Shown: positions 12,260-24,590, numbered from the stretch's first letter. The stretch is 64,000 bases of DNA from Camelus ferus (GCF_009834535.1 NC_045696.1:52702001-52766000), one strand, 5' to 3'. The notes: generated by a model not told the origin, from the letters alone. Numbers and translations are program-made.

Positions 12260-12910
12260 AGGCGTTGCCTCCGGTCTCTCTTCAGGGTGATCTCATCCCT
12301 TTGTTTCTCCTGGGCTGCCACCAGTCAGCTCCTCCCTACGCCCGCGTCCCCGGCTGCGGGCGTGGTCCGGCCGCCGGACCCGAGGGACCGCAGGGCGTGG
12401 CTCGGACCGCCGCCCTCGGAGCCCCTCCTCCAAGGCCCCAAACCTCGGGGGAGGCTTCCTGCGCTCCCGGAACACCGAGGAGTTCAGTTTTATCTTAACG
12501 AACCTGCACGGACTCTCGTTTGGAAGATAATTGCTCCTTTCAGTGGCTCGGACAACAAAAGCATCAGCCCGTGCCCCAGGGCTGTCCGTGGTAGAGCATC
12601 ATCGGAGCGCGGTGCACGGGCCCCTCCCTCGCCCTCATCAGTCCGCCTGCCTTCGCCTCCCCGCGGCGGCAGCACAGCCGCAGCCTCCCCCCGGCGACTG
12701 AGGCCCCTGTCGCGTCAAGGTTACACAGTGGGTGGGGAAGGAAGAGGAGAGAAAGCTGGTTCAATTGCAAGTCGCATTCTTGTCACTCCCAGTTTTTCCT
12801 TGCTTGGGGGCTGCAAAGAGCACATTAGCTTTGCTCCGGCTGTTGGCGCGTGTTTCTCTATCAGAAGCAGGGGAGACGCTGAGCAGCGGGCAGGCAGGGA
12901 GGTTGCTGTA
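12260..12910. promoter_or_regulatory. Intronic CpG island (core about 12320-12720)
   Basis: Abrupt GC-rich, CpG-dense block (e.g. cgcccgcgtccccggctgcgggcgtggtccggccgccgg) in AT-rich, CpG-poor surroundings; not recognisable as a repeat; two inverted CCAAT boxes (ATTGG) at 12091 and 12101. Confidence 0.85.
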
Positions 12911-13267
12911 CGTCAGCAAGAAAAGCCCTCTGGATACCATAAAGGAATGGCCTTGTCATTAGGGTACATCAGAGGCGAGAAAATCAGCTAAGGTCAGGGC
13001 CGCAGACAATGACCCTTTATCACTGGAAAAAAAAAAAAAAGTTATCCAGGCTTCTTCGTTTGAGCTTTCCATTTCCCAGGATGAAATACAGGCTCCATAG
13101 ACAATTGCAAACGAGTTTCTGGGGGGTGGCGGTGGGGAGGGTAAGCGGAGCAGGTGGAAGAAGTGCAATGACTTCTGTAGATGTGGCCAAAGTTACACTG
13201 CGTGTGAGATTCTCTCTTAGCCTGGAAACATGGCACCAGCATACATTTGCCATTCATTCAGTAATAT

Positions 13268-13540
13268 TGTTAAAAATTATTACAGAAGATAATTTAATGA
13301 TACAAACAAACTTTATTTAACACTTCATGAAGACAGCGGTGTCTGGTCTCAAGGGTCCAGACAACTGCAAAACTGGATAGAAGGCAGGATGCTTCTAAGG
13401 GGTGAAGAATAAGGACCAAAGATTTAAGTATAGAGCCCAGAGTTGGCTCGTTGTTTGGGGACTGGTTACAATGTGTTCCTGGTCAAACGGATCATTTACA
13501 GGGACCAGAAAATTAGCTAAGTTTCAATTGGCTGACATAG
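13268..13540 (-). mobile_element. Degraded LTR-like fragment
   Basis: Starts TGTTAA with a reverse poly(A) signal (ctttatt) and LTR-like composition; boundaries uncertain. Confidence 0.3.
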
Positions 13541-15594
13541 TGCCCTGGCTATTTCTTGAGTGAGTCCATCTTGACCTGGGAGAATGGAGGAGCTGCAGAG
13601 GAAGGAAGGTCAACCCCATTTGCAAGTGATGAGGGTTAGGCAGCTGACAGGAGTTAGAGCTTTCTCGCCCTGTGTTCTGACCTCTTTTTCTGGTTTAAAT
13701 AGGTTGAAGCTGACTGTGGCAGAGGATGAGTGATTTGCATGTCTTATTTATTTATTTTTAGCAGTCTTGCTTTTTTCCACCCCTCCCCCCAACTAGGACG
13801 GGAGGTTTCATTCAGATTTTCCATACAGACTGACAAGTTGGCTTTAAAAATTGTCGAGTAAGGCGTTCCTTCACTCTCCTGCAAAGGTTTTGGGGAAGGT
13901 ACAGCTTTTTGCTGACTGATGAATGATGTGTCCCTGCATCCTGAGAGGGTTGGAATTAGATGCTTAAAGGAAGGTGGTTTCTGCTTTCCTAATGAGGTGG
14001 GTCATTTGCTAGCTTGCAGAAGCATAGAAGTAAAGGCAACTTGAACTATGCAGAGTCAAGAGTCTCTGCGCAGAGGAGGCTGGCCAGCGGATATATCCTG
14101 TGTGTACTCAGTAATCCTTCCCGGGGACTGGCACATTTGAGAAAGATCTTAGTCTCATGATATGTTCAATGTACTACGTAACTAATTATAGAAGGTAAGT
14201 CACAGTAGAGGTTAAAGTTTGGGGAAGAGACCCTGTCCATTCTGAGTAGGATTAGGTCACAGTCAGCTTCTTTGATGCTTGCTTTTTTCAGGAAAGAAGA
14301 AAACAGAACATATATACATTCGCACACAATTAGGACTTTGATACTTTGAATGTTTGAATCTTAAATCTCCTCATCAATTCCCCCAGGGTACAGACACAGA
14401 AACCGAGGCCCAGAGAAGTGAAGAGACTTCCATGAGGTTGGGTTGGGATGGGATGTGTCAGATTTACAACCGTGGTCTCCTGATTGCCCATCCTGGGCTT
14501 TTGCTAATTTACCTGCTGCTTCTTATTTCTCTAAATTTCATAATAGAGGCACATCTGAAATTGTACTCTGGTTTAAGGAGATACTCAAAAGGAACTGAGG
14601 ATCTCCCAGGACAGGTGTGTTTAGTCTGAGTGTTACAGGCCAGTACATTTTATGCTGTGATGTGTAAAAGATTTGTGAAAATGCAGATCCTGAGCAGTGG
14701 ATCTGGGGCAGGGTGAGAGGGCCTTGCTGTCCAGCTGTGGGAGGTACAGATGCTGCTGCTCCGTATCTGAGCAGCAAAACTGTGGACACCATCTTTCCTC
14801 CTCGCCTTTCTTTTCTCACTGATAGAACAACCTGGGGATTTAAGGAGCCCTTGTTTTTTCTGTTACCAGGTCCCTGTGCTCCCTCAGCTAATCTAGCTGC
14901 CTTCCCCTGCTCTGTCTCACCCAGACCCGAGGCTGTCAGAAACAGTCCCTAGAGACAGGGTTCTTGAGCTGGAGGGTGTGATCTTTTGTCTAGTGACTTA
15001 GCACCATCTCACTTGCTTCCACAAAACCTTTTGCACATAAGCAACTCACTCAACTCTGATGGTTAAAAAAAAAAGTCCTTTTTCTGTCGCACAAGTGTCC
15101 TCCCAGCTGCAGCTCATTTCTCTCCTTCTGGGAGTGCAGCTGGCACGCTGTGAGCTCACAGGCCTAGCCCTGCCCCTGGGGCTCAGCAGGGCTCTCTGTG
15201 CATCTTCCCAGGGTCACTTGGGTCCTGCACTTCTTCTCCAGCTGCGTGTGATACCCGGATGCAGGTCTGAGTGCCTCTGTGCAGTGTCTGAGTTAAGCGA
15301 ACAGCTGGGCAGTGACAGGGCAGGGCCCTTGGAAGGCAGGGGAGCTTCAGTGGCACCCATTTCTCACTTCTCTGAAGACTGCCTGCCTCCCAGTGCTCTG
15401 CCCGGCCTCTTTCAGTTGCTCTGTGAGCTCTTTTTCAGTCTTTCTTGTTAGAAGCTGTTCTCAGGAAAGAAGCAATTTAATCCCAACTGTAACACACGTT
15501 CACCAGGCTTTTATTAAATCCTTAGTATGTGAAACAGTGATAGAGGCTATCACTCTATACATGTGTCTATATGGCGTGTATATATGGTAGAGAG

Positions 15595-15812
15595 GGTGAG
15601 CTCTGCGGTCTGCCTAAATAATCAAATCATAGCTCTACTCTTACTAAATATAGAACCTCCCCAAGTATTGTTTTGTCATCTGTGAAAATAATAATGCCGC
15701 TACCTCATACATTATTATATTTATCGTCATACCTACCTCATATGTTTGTTATGAGATTTTCCTGCAAAACATTTGGCTCATGCCTTAGCAAAGTGATCAG
15801 TAAATGTTAGCG
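15595..15812 (+). mobile_element. MIR SINE
   Basis: gtcatctgtgaaaataataatgccgctacctcata core and cagtaaatgttagc end. Confidence 0.6.
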
Positions 15813-15820
15813 TCTTAAAA

Positions 15821-16368
15821 TTAGAGTCCTGAACCTTTTATAGAATAGGTTCTTGCCTTGCCCAGAAAAAGAATTCTGTCTCACTCAGAAGGGGAAGCAG
15901 CTTAGGAGATACACACTGCACAGCAGAATGTGGGCCATCTCAGAAAGGTGAAAGAAAGAGAGACTGAGAGGTGGGAGGATGTCTAGTTTAAAGTAAAGGA
16001 AGATACACACTCCATAGACAGAAAGCGGGGCCGTCTCAGAAGACGAGAGAACGCGACCGCGACCACGAGGTGCGGAGTTGTTAGGTTTTATGGGCTTGGT
16101 AATTTTATATGCTAATGAGTAGGGTTATTACAACTACTTTGGACAAGGGGTAAGGATATCTGGGAAACAGACTCCCCCCGCCCCCCGCCTACTTTTTGAC
16201 CTTTTAAGTTCAGCCTAGGAACTGTCACAGTGCCTGTGGGTGTGCCATGAGGCTCAAGGTCTACTGGAAGTCAAATCTTCTGCCATCTTGGTCCTAACCA
16301 GTTTGTCCTGTCCTCAATTGCTGCCATTCCTTCAGTGGTTGTGTCCTGCCCCCTTTCCTCCTATTTCA
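15821..16368 (-). mobile_element. ERV1-class LTR
   Basis: LTR-like composition, internal duplication (agatacacact...atctcagaa/gtctcagaa at about 15907 and about 16000), ends ...cctcctatttCA. Confidence 0.65.
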
Positions 16369-16379
16369 AACCCAGTGCC

Positions 16380-17189
16380 ATGTGGCGGTGGGGAGAGGGG
16401 CATACCACACTACCAGCAATTCTCCAGACATCAGCTAGGTGTCCTACAATTCATATCAGTTCCACCATTATCTACCCAGAGACAGCAGATTCCACTGGTA
16501 AAGTGCTCAGTCCTGCAAGACGCCCTCCACTTCAGACACCAATCGCAAGCTCTGATTGTTACCTGTGATTCTGACTGGCTACAAATTGGAGGTTCTGACA
16601 ACCCTCTCCAACTCAGGATGCCAACTGCAAGGCTACGTTATTACCTGTTCCTCTGAAAATGGCTGTAAGTCAGAGGTTCCCATGACCCCCTCCTCGGGTT
16701 TGATTAATTTGCTAAAGCAGCTCACAGAACTCAGGAAACTCATTTACTCGCTAGTTCACTGGTTTATAACAGGATAGAACTCAAGAACAGCCACATAGAA
16801 GAGATGCTTAGGCCAGGGTATGGGGAAAGAGTGCAGAGCTTCCATGCTTTCTCTGAGCACGCCACACTCCTCAAATCTCCACATGTTCACCAACCTGGAA
16901 GCTCTCCAAACCCTGTGCTTCTGGGTTTGTACAGAGGCTTCATTACACAGTCATTGGCCATTGGCCATTGGTGATTAATTCAATCTCCCGGCCTCTCTCC
17001 TCCCAGGAGGTCAGAGGGTGGGACTGAAAGTTCTCCTGGCAACCAGCCCCTCCACCCCATCACCTCATTAACATAACAAAACACTTTTATTGCTCTCATG
17101 ACCAGAAATTCCAAGGGTTTTAGGAGCTCTTTGCCAAAAATGAGGATGAAGATCAATATATATTTTTTATTATAAATCACAATGTCACA
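16380..17189 (-). mobile_element. MER21-type LTR
   Basis: Minus strand begins TGTGACATTGTGATTTATAATAA; contains the hallmark segment gattaatttgctaaagcagctcacagaactcagg. Confidence 0.8.
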
Positions 17190-17427
17190 GTCTCTATTAT
17201 TAATAAGACAATATTCCTGTCCTCAAAGAGTTTATGGAGTAATGAGGAGTTCGAAGAATAGCTAACGTCAATAACTACAATGCAAAGATAGAGAGGCAGA
17301 TGGATAGATAAGCAGAGGGAGATGTTTGAGGAGGACCAAATTGTAAGTGAGGTCACAGAACTCAGGGAATGAGGAGCAGTTTTCAGTGAGCAGCATGTGG
17401 AGTTTAACATAGATGTAAACCCTGTCC

Positions 17428-17718
17428 CAGGGACTGGCAAACTACCCCTTCAGGCTATGAGTGGTTTTTACATTTTTTTAATGGCTTCCAGAAAATCAAG
17501 AGTAATGATATTTCATGATCCCTTACAATTATGTAAAATTCAAATTTCACTGTTCATAAATACAGTTTTATTGAAACACAGTCATGTTCACTCATTTATG
17601 TTGCAGCTAAGCTTATTTCACTCCACAACAGCAGAGTTGAACAACCAGAACCATGTGGCTCAGAAGGCCAAAAGTATTTACTCCCTGGCCCTTTGCAGAA
17701 AAAGTTTGCTGACCTCTA
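17428..17718. mobile_element. MER58-type hAT-Charlie DNA transposon (MITE)
   Basis: Terminal inverted repeats cagggactggcaaact / agtttgctgacctcta; internal tatttactccctggccctttgcagaaaaagtttgc. Confidence 0.85.
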
Positions 17719-19874
17719 GGCTGCCCAAGGAGGAGGATGTGAGAAAACTCTCCAACCAAGACGTGAGGATTGGGATGGGTTGTGAAGGGTGTGTGGGGTT
17801 CCAGCCAACACAAAACACAGAAAGGTGTTTGTGGAGAGCCAACCTGTAAGTGAGTTCACAGAACCCTCGGAATGAGGAGCGTGTTCAATGAGCAACATGT
17901 GGATTTGCTTGGCTAAAGTAAAGAATGTGCTCATGAGAGAAGCAAGAAGGACAGGCTGGGTCCATCCTATAAATTGCTCAAATGCTAAAGCAATTCATAA
18001 CTTCTTAGCCTACTAAGCAAAGGGAATATTTAAAAATTTTTGGAGTGGGTGGGGAGTTGGGCACCTTATGATAAAACCCTAAGTATTTTAGCTTAATCTG
18101 ATAAAATATGTAGCCTAGAAGGGAAGACAAACCAGTTTAGAGAGCTTCTATAGTGTTAGCTTTCAGTGTCTGTTTTAAACCTTAAAATAAGGGAATGATG
18201 GTGAAATTTCAGACAATTGGTAAAAGGAGAATCTTTGTCTAAGTCTCTTTTGCACACCCCCTCCACCACTGCCACCAGTACCTCCTTGTTACCTTGATTC
18301 TCCACAGTGATTTAAATCATCTGTTGTGTGTTTCTGGGGTGATTCTCTGCATTGCCACAGGCAGGCTGATGTGCACGCATTTACTAGAGATGCAGAGGTA
18401 CCAGGCTTTGACATAGCTTTTGCTATGAGTTCAGCCTGGGGAGAAACTAGCAAATTATTCTAACCTGGAGTCACTGAGTTGCCCCAACCGTTGGGAGAGG
18501 AATCCCCTAGGAATCTTTTATTCCTATTCTTGGGTCTAGTCCTGAACTGACACAGGAGGATGAAGAAATCATTGACTTGAGTAAATCCAAATTGTGGGCA
18601 GAGTGGTTGCATCATCCTGTCTTCCTGGAACTCTGGAGTTCGGAACAGTCTCCAAGGCTTCCCTGTGTTATAACCTGTCATTTTTTGGAGTTTCACAGTG
18701 CTGGACACAGACGTCGTGTTCTGTGTGGCACTTGAGTCACACAAGAGGCTTATGACACATCTCATAGTTGTCAAGAGGAAAAGAAAATAATTTTCATTGA
18801 CTTCAAGAACTCAGAATCAGGCTTAATACCTCCTTATTTTTACCCAATGAACCTAATGGCTCTGGCTCGGAGATCAGGTTATCATAAATCCTTGGAAAGC
18901 AGGTTCATCTGGATTAATCTAGAAGGGGTAGAATTTGCTTGACTGGTTTCAAAAACAGAAAGGAGAGAATTTTCTCTTCAATAGCTCCAAAGGGTGCACT
19001 GTTTTCTCCTGGCAGAGCCACAAAGCTGGTTCTTGGTGCCGTGATGAACACTGTCACTAAACTCTTCCAAGGAGCTGTGTGGCATAAGTAGTATGCCACT
19101 TGGGGGGGGGGGGGTTGGATATAATCAGAGCAACAAAAATGGCATCCATGGAATGGTTCTAAATAGATTTCCCTATCTACCTCCACACAACTGTGAAACA
19201 AACAACAGGAATAGTTGGTTCAAGAAAAAGGTTTTGTTTAGTTCAGGCACTCTGGCTGGATTTGAGTCCTCAGACCCAGGAATAAATCATAAAACCAGCT
19301 CTTTGCCACCAGCTCAGCCCCCGCCCCCTGGTAAAAATAAGGGTGCCTCCACTTTATTCATCTGCTTTTCTCATTTAATTAAATAGCAGTAATTCCTGAC
19401 CTGAGGCCCTCCTCTCACACTTCCCCCAGTGTTGCTCTCTTTGCTCTGGATATGTTCTCTCTCCTGCTTTCAGAATTAATAGGAACCTAGTCTCTGGGCT
19501 ATTCTCAGCCTCTCAAGTGTGAATCTTCCCTGTCAAAATCTTCACGAGGAAAATGAGTCACAGCATCACCTGGATGATGAGGTCATGTTACCACAGCCCC
19601 TGCTCTGAAAATGTATTTGTACTTTTCGATTGTAAAGGGATTTTGACAGGGGAAGATGAAATCGGGCTGACAGCTCTGAAGCCAGTTCCTTTAGACACTG
19701 GTAACTAGCTCAGCAGTGGCAGGCACTGAATGTGACCAAGCCGTGCTCCGGATTCTCCCAGCCTGCACTCCGCTTGTCACCTAGCCTGGGAGCCGGGAGG
19801 AGAATCCTGCAGAGAGTGGACCAGCTCTGTCTTCCTAGGGTCATTTGCCCTCACGTGGAACCTGTACAAAGTAT

Positions 19875-20020
19875 TCTGAGTCCAAATCCTGGCTCTGCTA
19901 CTTACTAGCTATGTGATTTTGAGCAAGTTATTTAATGTCCTTGTGCTTAAGTCCCTTCACCTGTAAAATAATAGTACCCATTAAAGGCCTTATTAGAGCT
20001 AAATTTAATAAATATATTCG

Positions 20021-20064
<44 letters not shown>

Positions 20065-20110
20065 ATAATAAAGTGCTTGGAAGAGTACTTGGCACATAGT
20101 ACTGTATAAT
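19875..20110 (+). mobile_element. MIR SINE containing an (AT)n microsatellite
   Basis: aaatcctggctctgctacttactagctatgtgattttgagcaagttattt ... aaagtgcttggaagagtacttggcacatag. Confidence 0.75.
20028..20061. repeat. (AT)17 microsatellite
   Basis: Perfect repeat. Confidence 0.95.
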
Positions 20111-23100
20111 TTTTCAATTTGTTATTAGAATTATTTTCTGCAAAGACCTGAGGCTATTTTAGAGTACCTTTAAAGAGTTTTGTTTTTTTTTTTGAGAAGA
20201 GCATTTATTAATTTTATGAAATATTCATAGTCCTGAAAAATTCCTTCATGAGCTATCAGAGAGAGAAAACCATAAAATATTGATCAAATAATGCACCCAA
20301 TCCCTAGTCTCCAGAAAGTAGCAATTTTCACTTCATTTGTATTGTTTTCTCTCAGGCAATTATTTATAGAGTTTTTTAAGTACCAGGCATTTTACAAATA
20401 CTATTTTCTTTCATCCTCAAAAGATTCTGCACAGTAAGTATGAGTTTCCCGACATGAGGGAGGAAGAAACTGAATTCTAACGAAATTAAGGATTTACGTC
20501 AGGTCATATATTTGAGCCATGGCTGAAGCAGGATTTGAACTTAGATCATTTGAGCCAAAAGCCCTGCCAGGGAGCATGTCGTCAGTGTGACAGTGCCAGA
20601 TGACCTAGAGAGAGCTGGGTGCCAAAAACAAAGGGAGGGACAAGAGAAAAAGAATGACAGGAGTAACAAATAGCATTAGCAAACTTAGACTTTCTAGAGT
20701 CTTGTGTGTTTGTCCTTAAACTATCCAGCAGCTTGGGGATAGAAATCCAGTTGATTAAAGTCTGTCCGGACCCTGTATGCTATTTACCTGACATTCCCAA
20801 CAAAAGTTCAATCAGTTTTTCCACACATGGAAGAATACAGCAACATATCTTCTAGAATCAGAAAGAAAACAACTTTTCAGAAACAAAGAAATTTTTTTTC
20901 TTTGTATTTCTCAACTACTGTTTGAAATGGGCACTTACCTGGTGATCGATACAGAACATGAAAGCGCGTGCAAATGACCGTTGCAGATAGCAATGCCCCT
21001 GCCGAAGCATCCTGCCGTCCGCCTCACAGAAATAAGCACACTGTACAAGGCAGTATGCTTGCTGTCCAAGTGCAGTTTCAAGCAAAATCACCTGTTCCCC
21101 TCTTCCGAACGTGTTCCTGCCCCTAATCCCTTCTATATAGGGATTCTGGAGCCACCTCTGTTATAAGCCCTGAAATGTAGACCAATTCTATTCATTAAAA
21201 AGTACTTTAATTCGTCTTAGTGCTGATACTAGAATTGCTACTTATTCAGGGACACTTTCTGAATGTTTAGTGTTAAATTCTCAGATTGAATTCTCTGTTA
21301 GTTTCCTTAAAATGTCAGTGATTGGGGGCCTAGGTTTAAGACCTGTTTCCTCATTTGTGGGGCTTTCCACAACCTGTTTCAGTTTCTTCATTTTATAAAG
21401 GGGATTAGCACAATTGCTCAGCCTACTTCACTGTAATTCATTGGGGAAATTTCTATGAGGTTGCAAGTGCTATGTAAATATAAAAATTCAAGTTACTATC
21501 ATTTATTTTTCCAAGTAAATAACGTCTTGAGTTTATTTCCATCTCACATCATCGCCAGGATTGCTGGTATCCCCACCCAGGCAGGGAGAGTCCAGTACCT
21601 TAACGCTACAGAATGGGGCTTCCTTTCTTGAATATCTAAGGAACTAGTCATCTCTAGCCTACAGCCTTAGGCCATGGGGTTTGTTATAAAGATTAAGTCA
21701 AAATAGAGGGAAGGAGAGAGTCTCCAACAATCCTCCATGAATATTTTCACTTGTTTAACTTATGAAAAAGCAGAAATATATATTTGAAAAATAATACACT
21801 TGATATGATTCCAGCCAACTCACAGATGAGTATGTTAGGTGTTTTATCTTAGATTTATTTCCTTTTCTAAGTGCTTTTAAAATTATTATTTTAAATGTCA
21901 TTTCTGTAGTTTTATATCTTCTCTCCTTGTCTGACCTCTTTCATTTCTATAGTTGTTTTCTTTGTTCAGCCTCACTGTATAAAGTCAGTTATTCGGTTAG
22001 GTGCTGGCGAAACCTATGCCTGTCTTTGCCACGTGCTCTTGAAATCCATCACTGGGAAGTGAAAGATTTTAAAAGTTGACAAGGTGGGATTCCAGATTAA
22101 TTTTCCTGTCATCATTTTTCTTAAATGGAACTAATTGTGAGGTTCAAATTTTGGATTTATTCCACAAAATTAATTTAGCATCTACTGTATGCCAGGCACC
22201 ATTCTAGAAACTGGAGATTCAGCTGTGAGCAAAATAGGAAAAGTCTTTCGTGTGCTGTTTTTTTTTTTTTTTGTCTGTTAGAGGGTACCAATTATAGTGT
22301 GCTCTTTGCCTTTTCTCCATCTATCTTTGCAGGACAAATAGAGTTATGAATATACAGAATAAAATAAACGATAACTCTTTTGAATGGAAACAGAGTTCCC
22401 CATCAGTAGTGCCTTATACTGTGTTGAATATGCCACCTCATACTGTTTAGAAAGTAGCTGGGCTGCACATGTTAAATAATTACTATATGAAAAAAATTAC
22501 TATATGAAAGTGAGCTGAAGACCCATTATCTTATTCTCTTATTTCTGATCTTGGACTAGATTTAAATCAAGTACAGAAGCTCCACTGATAATTTCTTTAA
22601 TACTTGGGCATTTTCCCTAAATTATATGCTATCAACTATGATCAAATCAACTATGCTGAAAAATAGAAATATTCTTACATGAATTTCACCCCCATAAATT
22701 ATTCATAAATATAGAGTGAGCTGCAAGTAGGTATTTGTTAGATTCATACATACCCATCCGCACTTTATTCTGGTTCTTTCATGGGCTGCAAAAGATTCCG
22801 ATAGGCATGAAAACTGTAGTGTGTTAGAGAAAAGTTTGCTTAGGGTATCTCTGGCCCTTCAGTGTTGCTTCCTGGAAATATCTTTTGCTCAGTCAGATGG
22901 AAAATATTTTGGTTTACTAAAAATGTTCCTAGCAAGAAGAACTGGTCCACATCAGTGATTTTTTTTAAAGCATTTAAAATTCAGTCCTCTTCGTGAGAAA
23001 ATTTGAAATATTATCATAGTAGTACTTAGAGCTAGTGGAAGTAGATTCAGGGTCAAATTCCTCTATGCTTGGAAGATTGAAGTATTCCTATGATAATTAG

Positions 23101-24355
23101 AAAAAAATAAATGAATCGAAGTGTCCCAATTGGAGGGATGATGTTATTTTAGTCTTGAAAGTTAGGCATTTATAGATTTTTGCCTAAAGCTCTTTTGTAA
23201 CATAATGAATGCAAATGTTTGGACATCTTAGACTGAATCCTATGTTGTCCACTTCCTCTTCCCCCAGAGGAAAAGGAAACTATTAACCAGAGCAACAATG
23301 TTGGGTATTAAATAACTACCTCTTACACTTAGCTTTCTTATCCGTGATTCTTAAATATTGATGAAAATTACTGCCCTTTTACTTAATGGATTTTAAAATT
23401 TGACTAGATCCCAACAAGTTAGTATAAAGATACCCTTCATATTCTTCAAACCAATATTCAGCCAAGATTTTAATCTTGGTTGAAAAGTTAAAAATTCCCA
23501 TGCCTTGGTTTCCTCTAAGATTTTAGAAATTACAGGACTCCCAAACAAACTGGTCAGTAAAGACTCTAAAAAGATTCTAAACTATAGCCATGAAGATTTC
23601 TGACAAATTATGGTGACTCTTCCTACATATAAGGAACTGTGTCGGCACGTCCACCTTTGTTAATTAACATATAGCAACAATTCCATGCAGAAATGAAAGA
23701 ATTTCATCAGAGCTCAGCATAAAACTTATTTGTGGCAAGATTGAGTTTAAAAAATAAATCTATCTTAATGAGATTATAAACTGACTCTTTAGCCATTAAA
23801 TACCAGGATCGCCTTTTTCTGGACCTTCTGCATCCATAACTGACGTATTGACACTTGGCCTTACTTTATAAGATGGGTGTAATGCCATCTCATCAGGTGT
23901 CTCCTTGAATTCCTGGGAAATTATTGATTATAAATACTGTGAGGTTACTTTTTAAAGTGTATTATAAAAGGAATCCTGTGTGGATAGATCCCTTTCTCTC
24001 TGTTCACTAGGGTTTCTCTAGTGCCTGGCAGAGGCACTCAGTATTGTTAAATGAATAGGTGAATGAGGATGTTGACACGATGCTTTATGGATAATCTGCT
24101 GCAAGAAAGACTAAGCTATTCCAGGTCACTAATGCAATAGAATTGGACTTGGGGTTGATTGGCTGGGGAGAAGACCTGAGTTCAACTACAAGCTGGGCCA
24201 CTGACAGACTCACTCACTCTATCAATTGAGGCAAGTGACTTAACTTTTCAGGGCATGGCTTTTCCATTTAGAAGCTGAAAGTGTTGTGCTGAATGTACCA
24301 GGTGATCTCTGCTATCTCTGGGCTCAAATATTCTTTGTTTTAAGGAAGCACTTCT

Positions 24356-24590
24356 TGTTTGTGTGTATATATTATATACATAATAATATATATATTATAA
24401 TAAAAATGTATATTTTTATTGAAGCATAGCCAGTTTACAATGTTGTGTCAATTTCTGGTGTATAGCATAATACTTCAGTCATACATGAACATACATATAT
24501 TCACTTTCATATTCTTTTTCACCATAGGTTACTACAAGATATTGAATATTGTTTCCTGTGCTGTACAGTATGAACTTGCTGTTTATCTAT
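24356..24590 (-). mobile_element. 5'-truncated LINE-1 3'UTR insertion with target-site duplication
   Basis: Direct repeat ttttaaggaagcacttct at 24338-24355 and 24591-24608; L1 terminus tttattgaag...; tail decayed to a TA-rich tract. Confidence 0.9.

Noticed and set aside
12287..12991. 234-aa ORF across the CpG island
   Set aside because: GTG start, low-complexity Pro/Arg/Ala composition and no recognisable domain; stop-poor GC-rich DNA explains its length
22478..22509. Small tandem duplications (aattactatatgaaa twice; also aagtggattcagg twice at 61798-61823)
   Set aside because: Ordinary replication-slippage duplications with no sign of function
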